Shown here: positions 11,101-24,000 of the stretch, in pieces
Layout: each line of letters starts with the position of its first letter
Position numbering within the stretch: position 1 is the stretch's first letter
NCBI GenBank assembly: GCA_964187785.1
Contig: OZ076414.1
Coordinates: 20,398,001-20,462,000, forward strand
Direction of reading: 5' to 3'
DNA: 64,000 nucleotides
Origin: Amphiscolops sp. MND2022
Lineage: Eukaryota
Translations under genes and position numbers: made by a program
Notes under the pieces: model-generated
Seen by the model: the letters and a program-made list of their open reading frames with translations, nothing else
Database searches by the model: none
Told to the model about the DNA's origin: nothing

Positions 11101-13369
11101 CTAAACTTTCGATCAACTGACAATGTTGCTCAAAGGGTAATTTTACAGTGAAACAGTTGTCTTTGTATTTTGTCGTGTTAACAAAATAATGCTCACAGGC
11201 TTCTTCCTTGGAGAACTGGCGACCTTTTGGAATTTCCTCCAACTCCCAAAATTGCTCTAAATCAAAGTCGACTGATGATTGGAAGGAACTAGCGGTTGTC
11301 ACTGACTTGCCAGGTTTCGATCCACAGATTGTCTACCGAATACTGTTTTGCGTGCGTAGATACCATCACACACTTTGGTTCTTTCGTTTCCATTGACGTG
11401 TTCAAAAAGATCAATTTCGATGATGATATCAACAATGGAAGGTTTTGCAAAAATTGAGTCAGAAAGCTCGATCTTTGGAAACTTGATTAGCTCTGGTATT
11501 TTCAACAGACTAAAGGGAATAGCAGCTGCCAGTCGTGGTAAAACGAATGCTGAAACATCGTAGGAGATGGAATTTTCATCAACAATTATCAGGTCAGTCT
11601 TTCCACGGGTAGTTGATTTTGATGAACATCCAATGCCATTGATAACTATCTCGGATTAGAATCGTTTAAGCTGCAAAGGTTGTACACAGTCCTCGCTAAG
11701 GAATGCCAATTCCGATCCACTATCCAGAAGTGCTCGATACTTGTGGGCGATGCCAGTTTTTGACATAACTGACACTTCCACTGTAGGTAGAATGTGTTTC
11801 GCAAAAAATATCCCCTCGTGACCCAAATGCGAATTGGCCACGGGGATCTGTTCCGTTTGCTCACCAGGGGTATGGACCAGGGTATGGTGTAGCTTTTGAC
11901 ACTTCTGACACCTTGACGTAGATTCGCAGGCCTTAGAATTGTGACCTGGTCGTAAACAATTGAAACAGATCTTCTTCATCTTGATAAATTTGTTTGTCTT
12001 CATAACTCATGATCTTGAATTTATTACACTGGTGTAGTTTGTGTCCCTCGGAGCAGTTGATGCAGGACACGCTAGCAGTAGAGTCTCGGGAACATTGAAC
12101 TTTGTTTGATTCTTGATTTTTCTTGACTAATTTGCTTGATGAGGCTGAGGGTTCAAGTGCTCGGGCTCTATCTTCAAGAAAATGCTTCAGGTTGACCATG
12201 CTCTGAGCATCATCGCCCTTGCTGTGGAGTTCCCATTGTCTGCGGCTTTGGGTGTCCAACTTTTTAAGCAATGATGTGAACCCAGATAATATCGGATGGT
12301 CCGACATCCAATCCCATTCCTTGTAGGGCCATCGTGTTTTCCATTAAATTGCTAATCAATTTCCGAAGCTGGTCAGGCGATTCTTCTTTGATCAGACGAA
12401 AATCATAAATGGCTTCTAGATGAGTATGAACTATCTTTCTTTTATTCGCATACCTGTCTTGGAGAAGTTTTTTTGGCAACTTCGTAATTCGCACTAGAAG
12501 TAGGTAAATGCGATAGAAGACGATCAGGCTCATATTTCAGCGAAGAACTGAGACAGTGGAGTTTCTGGTTGTTACCAAGCGTACGATTGCTGTCCACGGT
12601 GCCGATGAATGTGTCTGAAAATGGAGTCCACCCAGAGTATTTCCCAGTAAACGTAGGAAGATTGAGCTTCGGCAGTTTCAATCCAGAAGTTGATGCTTGT
12701 TGATTATCTTCAGGTACAGTCTGTGATTGTCTCGGGGCGGCGTCAGCAGCCTCTTCGATCCGTTCTTCGGCCATTTCAAGCGCTTTGATCTTAAGATCAT
12801 TGTCATCAATTCTAGCTCTTTCAGCTTCGATTTCTTCCGAGATTGTGTCATTTTCAGTCAATTCCTTGATGATGCGTTCGTTTAATTCTTGGACACTTGT
12901 TCCTTACACCTTTCAAGAGAACACTTGATCTTTTGAGATTTCCAGCAGCGTTAGTGTGTTAGGTTCCGTCTCAAGGATTTCTTTCACTGAGTTTTCTGTC
13001 CTGGTAACTGTTCCGAGATGGCCAGATCTCGTTCTTTTCAAAGCTTCAGCCATTTTTCAAATTTAATGATCTTTCTGGTCAATGTGAAGATTGAATTTCC
13101 AAGTTCGAAATTCTTGGGTAGTCGCGGCACCAAAATGTTGAAGAGTTAATTTTATGAAATGATTGAATTAAATTTGATAATGACAAGACAGTTTTTATTC
13201 AGTGAGAAGAGTAGAACGAACTTGACTCTTGAATTAAAGTGGGAAAGTGTGAATAAACGTGGCAGAAGATCAACAGCTCAAACTTGTTCATACGTAGTTT
13301 TATGTGTTGATGCCTGATTGGTTAATTCAAAGTTAGCATCACAAACGAACGTTTTAGAAAGTATCAACA
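8128..13369 (-). mobile_element. BEL/Pao LTR retrotransposon, decayed, RT and RNase H deleted
   Basis: 234-bp LTRs TGTTGA...TCAACA at 8128-8361 and 13136-13369 (about 13 differences). PBS TGGTGCCGCGACTAC resembles the complement of a tRNA-His 3' end. DUF1759-type gag LPKLNLPTFTG, Cys knuckles CFNCLRPGH, protease ALLDSGS, integrase GIDFAGP and DUF5641-type tail FWKSWSRDYL. Confidence 0.92.
9754..9911. repeat. 79-bp tandem duplication in the BEL integrase C-terminal region
   Basis: ACCCTCGGAATTTCATC...GGGGATTCGTTAT starts at 9754 and again at 9833. Confidence 0.9.
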
Positions 13370-13891
13370 AAATATCAGAATACAAATGGGTCCGTCCATT
13401 CGTTATATTTTTCTGCGTTGTTACTATTTTATTTAACTCTTTTCACTGACACGCTCTCCTTGTAATAAGGGAAATCTTCTCCCTCCAAAATCTTCCCTCT
13501 TCGCACCAAATCGCGACTTCGGTACGCGCGGTCCTTTTATTCATTTTCTGCATTGCTCAAGAACAAAGCATTTGAAATGTTTTTCATTCAAAATTTCCGC
13601 AGTTTTTGACTCATTCTCACTCTCGGAGAATCTTATAGTATAATACAGAATACAGAGCCGCTCATACTATATCTTGGATCTAATCCCTGCAAATTATAGA
13701 TAGTGTTTTCGTCTTTTTCAGTTTTCGTCTGGCACTATTGCGATTCTTTGGCAAGTACTGAGTATTCAAATCAGATTTTCATAGTCGTTCGAAAAAATTA
13801 CGGAAGCAAAATCTAATTCAAATAAAGAATCATGTCCCATATTAAGGGAGAGTTTGCAACGTTTTTGGGAAAAGGAGTAGATTCTGAAGAA

Positions 13892-14403
13892 CAGGGGCTG
13901 TCAAAAATTAATTGGAGAAAAATTAATTGCAATTAATTGCAATCAATTAATTGATTGCAGATCTCCAGCAATTGCAATTAATTGATTGCTAGATGCAATT
14001 AATTGCAATTAATTGTAATACTTTTGATTTACTCGTTGTTATGTCAAATCACATCGGTTGCAGAATTTATGAAACGACGAAAGTTAACAAGAGCTGAACA
14101 TGACAACGGTTACATTGAAACAAGATTTTTATTGCCAACCTCAAACCTGGTCGAGAGGTTTTTCAGCGTTTCTGGCCTTGCATACGACGATTTTCGCCAA
14201 AATATGACACCTATGATCTTAGAAATGCAGCTGTTCTTGAAAATAACAAACAAACGATTTTGGGACGAAGAATTTGTTTCAAAATGCTGTGCATAACAAT
14301 GATTAATTGCAATTAATTGATTTATTTTTTCTAAAATTAAATTAATTGATTGCAATCTTTGATAATTGATTGTTTCCCAAAAATTAATTTTTGACAACCC
14401 CTG
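13892..14403 (+). mobile_element. hAT DNA transposon, 512-bp internal-deletion derivative
   Basis: 22-bp TIR CAGGGG(C/T)TGTCAAAAATTAATT, perfect 8-bp TSD CTGAAGAA (13884-13891, 14404-14411), AATTAATTGC subterminal repeats, and C-terminal transposase remnant PTSNLVERFFS...LEMQLFLK. Confidence 0.92.
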
Positions 14404-14559
14404 CTGAAGAATCCTAACTGGCGAAAAAATCTGAAATATAACAGAGGGAAAAAGATTTTTAGTGCCACGTTAAAACCAATGAAGTTGGGGTTAACATGTG
14501 CTTTTAGAGAGTAGATAAAGAAGTCAATGTTCAACATCTAATTTCAAATTGCAGAAGAA

Positions 14560-14830
14560 ATTCTGCCCTGTAGGTGAAAACTCAGAGATAAGCCTGTGAT
14601 GCATCTGCTTAAAATCTAAAAATTAAGATCGATCTCAAGAATTAATGTTAGGAAAATTATTTCATCATCGCTGCAGTCAACTATTGGAATTCAAAATGAT
14701 GTCAACAGTAAGAACATCAATATGTTTAAGTCCACACTACAAAGACACTGGGAAAAATCTTAATATAATATGGATTTCATGAATCAAAATGGACGAATCT
14801 GAGGAGCTGATCGACAGAGGACGACTTGGC
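14560..14830 (+). mobile_element. Probable decayed 3' end of a CR1-type LINE
   Basis: Translation gives RINVRK..F..AVNYWN..VNSKNINMFKSTLQRHW, resembling CR1 ORF2 C-termini. Confidence 0.35.
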
Positions 14831-15695
14831 CTGCAGATCAAAAGCAATCTATGAACCTGTGAAGGTTTTCGGGAAAAAACGTGACTAGAATCATTTCGAA
14901 GGTTCCAGATGGACGCAAGTAAACGAGAGGAAGTGGTCGGGAAAAATCTTGGACAGAGGCGTCGGATCCAAATATGTTTTCTCAGCCAGTATTCCAGAGG
15001 AAATTTAGTCTTAATTCGGGTGACCGGGAATAAGACCTAAAAATTCAAAAGGAATAGAACCTAAGAGAATAGGACCTAAAAAACGGGATTAAGCCTTAAA
15101 AGGATTTGTTTTTCCATGGAAAAAATAGGCCCCTCCGGGGCTCAGTACTATTTCTGCTTTAATCTTTATTTTTTTAAAACAAAAAATCATTAATAAAAGA
15201 ATCATATCTGGAATACCAATACACTCCTGTTTAATCATTACTTAGAGCACAATTAATCACTGTACAAGTTTACACCGCCTTTAATTCTTCTCGGACTAAA
15301 GAAAATATAACTAAGCGTAGACGAAGTTTCGCATTCGCATTTGAATGCAGGCGAAGCTCTCAACGAACGAATAATTAACACTCATTCGCTTCATCTCAAT
15401 GACGTCAGCATACGAATGGATAATTACCACTCGCTCGTTCTATCGCACTAGAATTGAATTGTTGTCGGCAGCTTTCCCACGCTTACACTCACTGCCGAAC
15501 AAAATATCTGAATTATTCAGTAGGACGAAATTTGACGACTGAAAAAAAAAAAGGACCAACTTTGAGGTTACAATAACATTCCTGCTAAAGCAGAAATATT
15601 AAAAACGTTTGAAGGCAGAATTTATTACCAAATCTTCAGAAACAAATCTCCAGCAGAACGAATTGAGGTAATTGGCTCTTCAGATCGACAATGCC

Positions 15696-15990
15696 GCCTG
15701 TGTTCTAGGAACTGTGAGCGACAGAGATGCGTTCGAAGAAATTTATTACATATATTTGAGGAATAGAAAGACAAGTGTTGAATTAAAAAGCTTTTCGAAT
15801 GTAACATCATTCATCATCAGTTAACACTTATTACATATAGCCTAATTTTTTGACCTTTATCTCAAAGCAGGTTTTTAAAAAAAAATTCCACCGGTCGACT
15901 GCATAGTGGCTGGTTTGAGTAGTTTGTTCGTTGTTTTTTTTTACTGGTCTACTGGTATAGTGGCTGGTATGGGGTTCCCTACTTTCGTTG
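15696..15990 (+). repeat. Unclassified ~230-bp 'host' repeat, copy 1 (near-empty reference allele)
   Basis: Colinear with the pieces at 53163-53221, 54134-54162, 58704-58784 and 63769-63786. Confidence 0.8.
15755..15828 (-). mobile_element. 74-bp Penelope-like 3' remnant containing a putative hammerhead ribozyme
   Basis: 11-bp TSD TATTACATATA (15744-15754, 15829-15839). Minus strand reads CTGATGA-T-GAATG/atgtta/CATTC-GAAA-AGCTTT. Confidence 0.65.
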
Positions 15991-16231
15991 CAGACCACAG
16001 TTGTGTGTCTTCTCCCCCCAACATGATGATACACATGGCACTTGATTGATGACGAAGATCCATGATATTGAGGTAATCCACGCAAATAACCTTTCAATTA
16101 CAAACTTCTCAATCATTGATTTCTTTTCCCCATAACAATTTTATAAAATCGGTAGATCTCAAATCATTTTATTTAAGAAGAAATTATTACCTTTCGTAGA
16201 GGTCTTACAAAAATTGCAGTACTTTCCCCAC

Positions 16232-16352
16232 CTAATGTGGAGCATATACGGTGTAGGCACGCTCGCCCTGACCTCGCTTAGCAAGATGGGAACATAAGCG
16301 GCCCCAAGGGGCCGCGGAGTACTACAGGAAATGGGAACATATCCGAGGCATG
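16232..16352 (+). repeat. GC-rich structured cassette, partial copy
   Basis: GCATATACGGTGTAGGCACGCTCGCC...GCGGCCCCAAGGGGCCGC...CATATCCGAGGCA. Confidence 0.8.
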
Positions 16353-18146
16353 CTTTATACTTTGAAAAACTTTAGATATTACTTCCGAAAAAAATATTGC
16401 GTTCATTCCGTACTGTAGGTCTTATTCCCGTTTTTAGGTCTTATTCCCACTTTTTAGGTCTTGTTCCAATTTTTACGTCTCATTCTGCTATTGGGTCTTA
16501 TTCTGGAAAACTGCGAACCATGTTAGGTCTTGTTCCCGTTTCCGATTTAGGTCTTAGTCCGTAGGTCTTATTCCGTTCATCTTAATTCGTCTGAAGATTG
16601 TTCTAATTCAAATAACTGGTGGGATATTTTAGAGCATTTACGTTAGGCCCACTTCCAGTAGTTCTGCTTCTTCAGTCCTTCTCCTATTTTCCTGATTTAA
16701 ATATCCACAAAAAAGTTCGAAAAAACATTCACATCACAACAAACCTCCATCATAATGTCGTACAGATATCTGTAGGGTGGTTTGGACAAAAGTTTCTCTG
16801 ATAATGGAGGACGTTTTATACTCTGCCCGAGTGTCTTTTTGGTTTTTTCGATATTCAATTCAGGCATTTTGAGAATAAATAATGTAAAAAGTGAATGAAT
16901 TTAAAGATCGGGCATTTTTCACTTAAGCATGAAATTATTTGAACCACGGTGATTAGAAAAATCAGAAACGAAATTTTCGATTTCGTCTCCAGGGTAAATG
17001 AGCTTTTTTGTAATTGAAGTAATTGTTTCAATATCACTCTCACACTCGGTCATCGCGAACTGCACAAAGAAAATTGATCATCTGTTGAGAGTGGGGAACT
17101 TTTTCCTTTCCCCCCACACTTTTCAAGATGATGTTTTTGCAATTAATTATATTTCAATTGCGTTTCCAATGAAACAGTTCAGTTTTATATTTATTCTCAG
17201 GGTGATAGTGATTCAGATACAAACTTTGTTCACACTTTTCCCCTATGTACTTACGCATTTTTTGATGAAGAAATCAACACTTTCCGGTTTTGAGTCATCA
17301 ATAAACACTCAATACGAACATAATTAGCCAAATTGTGTGAACAATGTTTTGTTCAAGCGGAAAACTACTCTAATAGTGTGGAGACAACAAAACAAAGGAA
17401 AAGACTTATTCGAAAAAATACTGAATGATATAGTCAAATATAATCCTTTATGTTGAGTTTGTTTTCTTTAAAAAGTGTGGGGGGGAGGAAAAGGAGCCAA
17501 GTGTGGAGCCGTTTTTCCTCTGAAAGGAAGTTTTGTATCTGTATTTGCATATATCTGGACGAGAAGATTTTGAAACTGGGATAATGATACCACTTTAAAA
17601 ATTTTTACCTAGCAGCATCTTTGGGCATTTGAGAGACTGATCGACGATGTCGTGTTCCAATAGGGCATTACTTGGGGGAAAATCAAAGCCCATGCTAACT
17701 TTCAAAAGGTACTTTGTGTATGATTGAGTAGATTATGCTTTGTATAGTCCATTGTAAATAACAATTCAAATGTAGTTTTAGTCGGTGCTTCCTGGAATGA
17801 AAAGCGTCCAACCTTTGTAGTGGCTTTAACTCTTGTGGCTATACGGCCACAGACCTCACGTCGAATAGTCCTGGTTTTGACCACACCCTCTTGTGCGTTC
17901 GGAACTAGGTGAAGTCTTTTTCCGCACAGGATTTCCACATGGAGATTGACGTTATAAGAAAATGACGTTATCAACGAATTTAAAGAATATCCGACTAAAA
18001 ATGTCCCCAAATTGACACGATAGTAGCAAAAAATTCAAGTACTTCTTAAATTAGGATAATTTTATGCATTTTGTATTTTCGTATATTTCCACCCACTGCA
18101 AAATTTCTAGTTACTAAGATGTAGCTTGGAGGAAACCTGATGTTTT

Positions 18147-19070
18147 TAGTCGACGCTTTTCGTGAAAAACGCATACTATAGCACTGCCTTTTCTAAAACC
18201 AACGAAGTGACAGACTTTATGAGCTTTCTAAGCTGTTACGTGTACCGGATATAACGTTCCTGGAGTTTTCAATGTTAAAAACGGGTCTCCCTTTTGATTT
18301 TTTTTTACCGCAAACCGGATAGAACGAATTCCGAATGAAACGTTTCTCGTATATGCTCCCAAAAGTAAAGAGGAGACCAAACGTTCACCCCTGTGGGTTT
18401 TTTCGGCACTATGCAACTTTTTCCGGAAAAAAATTTTTTCTGTAACGCCCAGCAGTCGGCGAACGAAAATTACAAAATGTAGATGAAAAATTCGAAATGT
18501 GCGATTTAAAATGGCCCGACAGATACCGAAAATCGTAGAAGAAGCAGAAAAACGCACACAAAACCCCCCACCCAGCCCGAGAGAGAACACCCCGCCATAG
18601 AATTATCCCCGAAATCGCCGTGTGGTGCCGGCTTGTGGGACGTGTCCGGACTTTGAGAGCGCCGGAACGTTGCCTCGAAGCTCTAACTAAGGAGCCTCCC
18701 CAGACGAATGGAAAAGTCCCTTTCAGGAGACCATTTTGGGATTAAAAACTTCTGTCTAGGTTGTAGTAAGACACTGGTCTCCTGTTCAAGCAATCTAGGC
18801 ATTGTCCCACTTCTATGATGTGCGTCACTAGCCTGACGTTACATTCAAAGTTCGAATATAACGTTCTCAAAGTTCGGATATAACGTTTTCAATGTTTGGA
18901 AGTAACGTTTTCAAAGTTCGGATAAAACGTTTAGAGTTCGGATGTAATGTGTTCAGTATTCGAATGTGACTTTTTCAAAGTTTGGATATAACGTTTCCTT
19001 GACAGTTTGAAGACATTTTGCTATTTTTAAGCCTTAGATACGGCGCCATCTTGGGCCGTTCCCGGCTTGT
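18147..19070 (+). mobile_element. HINE/DINE-1-like element copy F, with unrelated internal sequence and a GGATATAACGTTTTC tandem array (about 18840-19000)
   Basis: TTTTTAGTCGACGC 5' end; GGCGCCATCTTGGGCCGTTCCCGGCTTG 3' end. Confidence 0.7.
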
Positions 19071-21249
19071 TGTTTCTGAAAGTGACCCAAAGTGACAGAA
19101 AAAACTTTGACCGTTTTATGCAGTTTTGGTACGTTTATTTAAAAAATTCGTTTGAATAATCATCTACAGTTAAACGACAAAATTATTTAGCATCTGAACA
19201 AACTTTTTGTTAAGAAATTTTAATGTTTTGCAATAAGAGGCCTTACTTGCTGTTGAGAAAAAAACACTTTGCTGTTTTCGCAACTTTTCACTCGATTTGA
19301 ACAGCTTTTTTGCGGGTTTGAATATCCACGGAGATCGAAGTTTTCGTGAGTATGGAAAACAGAACACACGAAATGTTGTTTTTAGTCATCTGTGAAAAAG
19401 TCAAATGAGACACCTTTCAAGAAAAAATGCCACGAAGGACCCAAAAAGACGAAATTTGGAGAAAGATTTCATTTTTGGTGTGTTCCAAGAGATTTCATAA
19501 TTTTAACAGCCGAACAAAAAGTTAGCATATGATACCAGTGAAAAGTTTTTAAATGAAAAAAGTGCCTAAAATGAACCGAGGAGGTTTCAAAATTTACTCT
19601 CTAGCTGCTGTCCCTACTTTTCAACAACTCGAATTGAAGGAGAAGCCCGACGAGTTGACATACATTGATGATCGCCAATGCTCTGATATTAGCTGAAACT
19701 TTCTGTTGTGACTAGTGACGTCATGAGATGCAGCTTTGTACGGTATACGGTGCTCACCTCTTATTCAGTTTTTATAGTTCTGGCGAGTAATTGAATCTGT
19801 CAATTGACTTCCATTTCGAATTTTAAAAAATTAACTATTTGATTGCTCTTTTTTCTAATATTGAAAACTTTCCGTTCAGCAATGTCGAGTCACTTTGACT
19901 GCAACTTCCCAGCTTCAATTTTTCTAATTTTAGGTTTTGTACTCCCTATAAATGGGAACAACTCGTAGATTATGACGAAATTAAAAACTCGATGGTCAAA
20001 CAAGATTGCCTCTTTAGAAAATACAGACTCCGAAAATCATACGATGTACAACAGAATGCAGTAACGCAAAAGAACGTGCAAAAAAAGCGAATATCAAAAA
20101 GCTAAGTCCTAACCCAACTCCGAAACATATTCACAGGACATTCAGAGCAAAACCTTCCTGCAAATGCAACACCAATGTTCCGTTGTGCCCGATCTTGACC
20201 CTGTAAATAACGATTTTGTGTATCCCACTCATGAGTTCGAAGTTTCAGAATTATTCGAAGAAATGAAAAAGAAGAAAGTTTGGGCGAAGATGGAATAAGC
20301 ATTCAGATGTCTAAATGATGCTCTTGCACAAAAAAAAACATTATACTGCAACATTATTCGACAACGGCATTGGAGGAGGCATAGAAATGCCATCCAAACT
20401 AGAACTACAGCCATTTTGAAAAGACTTGACTACATCGTGTACGAACGAAAACCGGAAGCTAAAAACGAGTCCGTCCAAGTAAGGTGCGGAACAGAACGAT
20501 TTTCCATCGAAGAGTGTTTTTGCCATAGGGCCCTGTTGTTTTGTTCTCATGTACAGCCAATCTGATTCAAGTTCTTCTGCGCGGTTGTGTTGCGTTTTGA
20601 AGGTTTCCGTCTCACTACAGTCGAAAATCGCTTGTTGATTATCGCGCAGTATGATGAATTCTTGCGTTACTCCCAAACAAAAAACATTGAACCCAAAAAG
20701 CAGATATATATACTTTCCCCGTCGAATGCCAGTTAAAACTTTCGCGCGGCGTGGGCCTTCACTTGTTGCCTTTGTTTGTTGTGCGAGATCCTTCGTTGGT
20801 TCATCCGTTTTTCATCTTCTCTGAGAAGAGTGTATGTGAGGTTTGTATCAGCTAAGTCTGCACTAGACCGTCATTGATTGATGTGTAAATTGATCAAAAT
20901 AGAGCGTGTTGATAAGCTTGTGTAAACAAATTTTGCGATCATCGTTTCAGTGAAATTTTCATTCGCGTTTTGAGCTGCGGTTTCATTGGCTGACAATTAG
21001 CGGATAAGCTGACGGAACGGTTTACCAAACCGTGAAAAGGATTTTTCCCGATAAAGATCTTTTCGACAGAGCATGAAGCAATGGCGTGCTCCTATTTTTC
21101 CTGTATTTCAAAACAGCCGAGTTTGTGCAAAGAGGTATTAAAAATATAAATGTTTCCACTATCAAAAGTTTGGATATTGAGTAAAAACTGTCATTTAAGG
21201 AATAATGCAGCCATTGTACTGAAGAGGTCGGCTACGAACATTGTCGGAA

Positions 21250-24000
21250 CAAAAACAAGCAGCGCATGGGTTCCAACTTGATTGAAACGACGGAAGTGGC
21301 TCGCTACAGTGTCCACTATTTCAAAACCAGGTCAAAGCAGTAAATGAAGCGAGAGGTGCACAAAGTCTACAATCTGGACAGTGAGCAAATCGAGGGTTGT
21401 TGAGAAATCGGGACAGTAGTTGGGCCCAGAATGCCGAGTCTGTTCGACAGGACAATGAGAGGTGAGCAAGGCCGCGGTAGTCGAGTCCTCGTTTTTGATG
21501 CTGCTCACAAGCCAGAGGACCTTAAAAACGAACTACCCAATCTACGAATGTGATCTATCTTGATTGGCTCTCTAATAGATGATCATAGGTCACAATTGAG
21601 TTCAATCGGGTTGATTCAGCTTCCATCTTGAGGTTGGGCAAAAATCACCTTCTGGCATTTGAGCCTTCGTCAGCTCTACCGTGTTTTCGAGTTGTGATGA
21701 AGCTGCCTTGCACTCTCCCTTTCCGTGCTTGCAAAGTTTGTTTTTCACAAACTTCTGATGCCTCATTGTCAATCAACCGTTGCCCATTTCGGAACGTTTC
21801 CCAAGAACCACGTCACTGAAACAATTCCGCCCTTATTGAACCGCTTGCTCACCTTCTAACTTAACCATGTCTTAATTTGTTTTCAGTTGACCGGAAACGA
21901 ATGTCGAATCACCCACACTACCGGCATTTGTGACTAATCCTCGTCAGTGTTAAAGCAAGTGTGGGTGGTCAATTGATGCCTTGAATTGAGCTCACATAGA
22001 TGGAAGTGAGAGACAGTCAAATCCTCTGGCTGCTTCATATTGATGCATGTGAAAATCAATTGCCGGCGTTTGAGTGAACCTTCGTGCCTTGACTCGAACC
22101 TTGCACGTCAACACTTTTCATCTAATTTGTGAGCAAGAAAAGTAGGATAAACGACTTGCGAACAAACCGGAGAAGTTGGGAAAGGTCAGATTGGAAGCAT
22201 ACTTCTCGACAAACTTCGAGGCAAATATCTCGAAAGTAGACTTGCCGTGAGCCGAATGGATTGATTAGTTCTTGATGTAGATAGCAGTGGAAAGAATAAA
22301 GGCCAGAACAGCTGTGGAACCCCCCATTGTTGCCATTAAGCATCGCGTCATGCCAGTAACAGTGCCCCAAGCTTCCTCAATTTGTCCATTTTCCTCGGGC
22401 ATGTGTGGCGCAAAGAACACATGTTAATTGCCATTGGATGTGCAAGAGTTCCTGAGCTGCTTCTATTTGTTTCAAAGAGTCCGTCTGAGGCCTATGAGCC
22501 AGGCTCCCCACATCGATGACAGGTCGTTGCAATGTTGCCGTCACCACATTCTCCGACCTCGCCGGGTACACTCAATCAAAAGGGCTGTAGCACTCGACGA
22601 AACCCACGTCACAAAAAAACCATTGCTAGGATTCCTGCTGAACGGGTCCGAACACGTCAGTGTGAACGAAAAACCGTTTGTTTTTTTACCCCTGAGCCAC
22701 ACGAGTTTGGGATGGATGTTGATTTTTTTGTCCAACAGATGTTGAAGTTCTCTCTTATTCCAGAGGTTAAGATGCCCATGCCATCGATCTCGTGCTGCAA
22801 CCTAGACTCATCGTGCCAGCTGCTGTGCCCCAATCTTTGATACCAGTGTTTGGTATAAAGAGATATCATGTCGCCACAGGTTGAACCATCACAGTGAAGA
22901 GTTCGATTTTTGACAACAATGGCAACACAGCATCGTGGGCCCTGTTGATGGCTGGATTGTCATAGAACAAGATTTTTGTTCCACGTCCGTCAATTCTTCA
23001 GTGAAACAGATTCTTCGCGTACGATGGCACTAGGAAAGCATCAGTAAACAAAATTGGCACGTGTTTTATCTGACCCAGCACCACACTGTCCGACATAGCT
23101 GATCTCTGAACGATTGCTGTTAGCGTTGCAAACATTCACCAAGCAACCTTCGTCCAGCTCAGAGAGAAGCTCCCTGTTCTTAATCATGAAGCCTCGTCCC
23201 GGAAGTAAATGTGGTGCTCGATGCTTCTGCTGTCGCAGCCTTCAGTGCTGAAGGATTCGAAGCTGAAAAAGTATGCTGATGAGTAGATGCTGGAATTGAC
23301 CTGAGCCATATTCTCTTCATTAGCTTCGTTGGTGTCTCTACTTGCAAGATGAACACTGATGATCCTTCGGTTCGGACCATTGTTGAAGCAAGCAGTTCGT
23401 CTGATACCCATTTCTGTCCTCAGCTCGAATCAGTACATTTCCACATTCAAAATACTTCAAAAAGATCCTTCTGCTGAATGAAATGCTGTCAACGACGTCT
23501 CACTGCAACCTCCCATGCCCCTTGTTGCTGAAACGTTGACCAAAACCTGCATCATCGCGTACTACCTCTTCGCTCTGCCGATATTGAAGACTGCCACAAT
23601 ATTTAACCATTAAGTATCATCTCTGATCTGCGACAGCTTCCCCAGCTTAGACGAAATCAATTTCAGCCCAACTAAGTTAGTCACTCACTTTCTCCTTTTA
23701 CTGTCATATTTAGACCAGTGAGATGAGTCATCAATGTATGAATCCGACATTGTCAAAGCGGCCCAAGCTGCAGTCCCATCCTGATCATGGTCTCTGATGA
23801 AGTTGATGCTTGCCTTGTCAAGGCAGTGAACCAGCTCGTACAACACCATGTGAAGCAGTTTGGTCAACTTTGCTTCTTCTCCATCGAGTTTGCCACGTTC
23901 GTCATTCGTGTGCTTGCCTTTCAGTGTATAGACTTCAGTGTTTCGAACGTTTCCAAAAAGGTGGTGAAATCGTCCTCTCGTCCAAGGAACACCAGCTTCT
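21250..24000 (-). mobile_element. Ty1/Copia LTR retrotransposon, heavily decayed internal region, LTRs not found
   Basis: Motifs in Copia order on the minus strand: gag-like LVHCLDKASINFI, protease-like CDSRSIEHHI..RD, pre-integrase WYQRLGH, integrase DVFGP..GFVECYS and PEENG..TRCLM..AIYIKN, then an RT-like QKRGLDY. Confidence 0.7.

Larger units (their letters stand above)
15018..16579. mobile_element. MULE-like MITE with GAATAAGACCTA subterminal repeats
   Basis: Inverted arrays (GGAATAAGACCTA on the left, TAGGTCTTATTCC on the right) and a flanking direct repeat TCTTAATTC (15009-15017, 16580-16588). TSD is 7-9 bp depending on where the ends are placed. Confidence 0.7.

Noticed and set aside
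18840-19000. CRISPR-like array (also the arrays at 16415-16575, 59223-59340 and 63790-63920)
   Set aside because: Degenerate short tandem repeats without unique constant-length spacers, no cas genes, and a eukaryotic TE context.
23270-23300. CTGATGAG as a third hammerhead core
   Set aside because: No stem II followed by GAAA, and it lies within Copia coding remnants.
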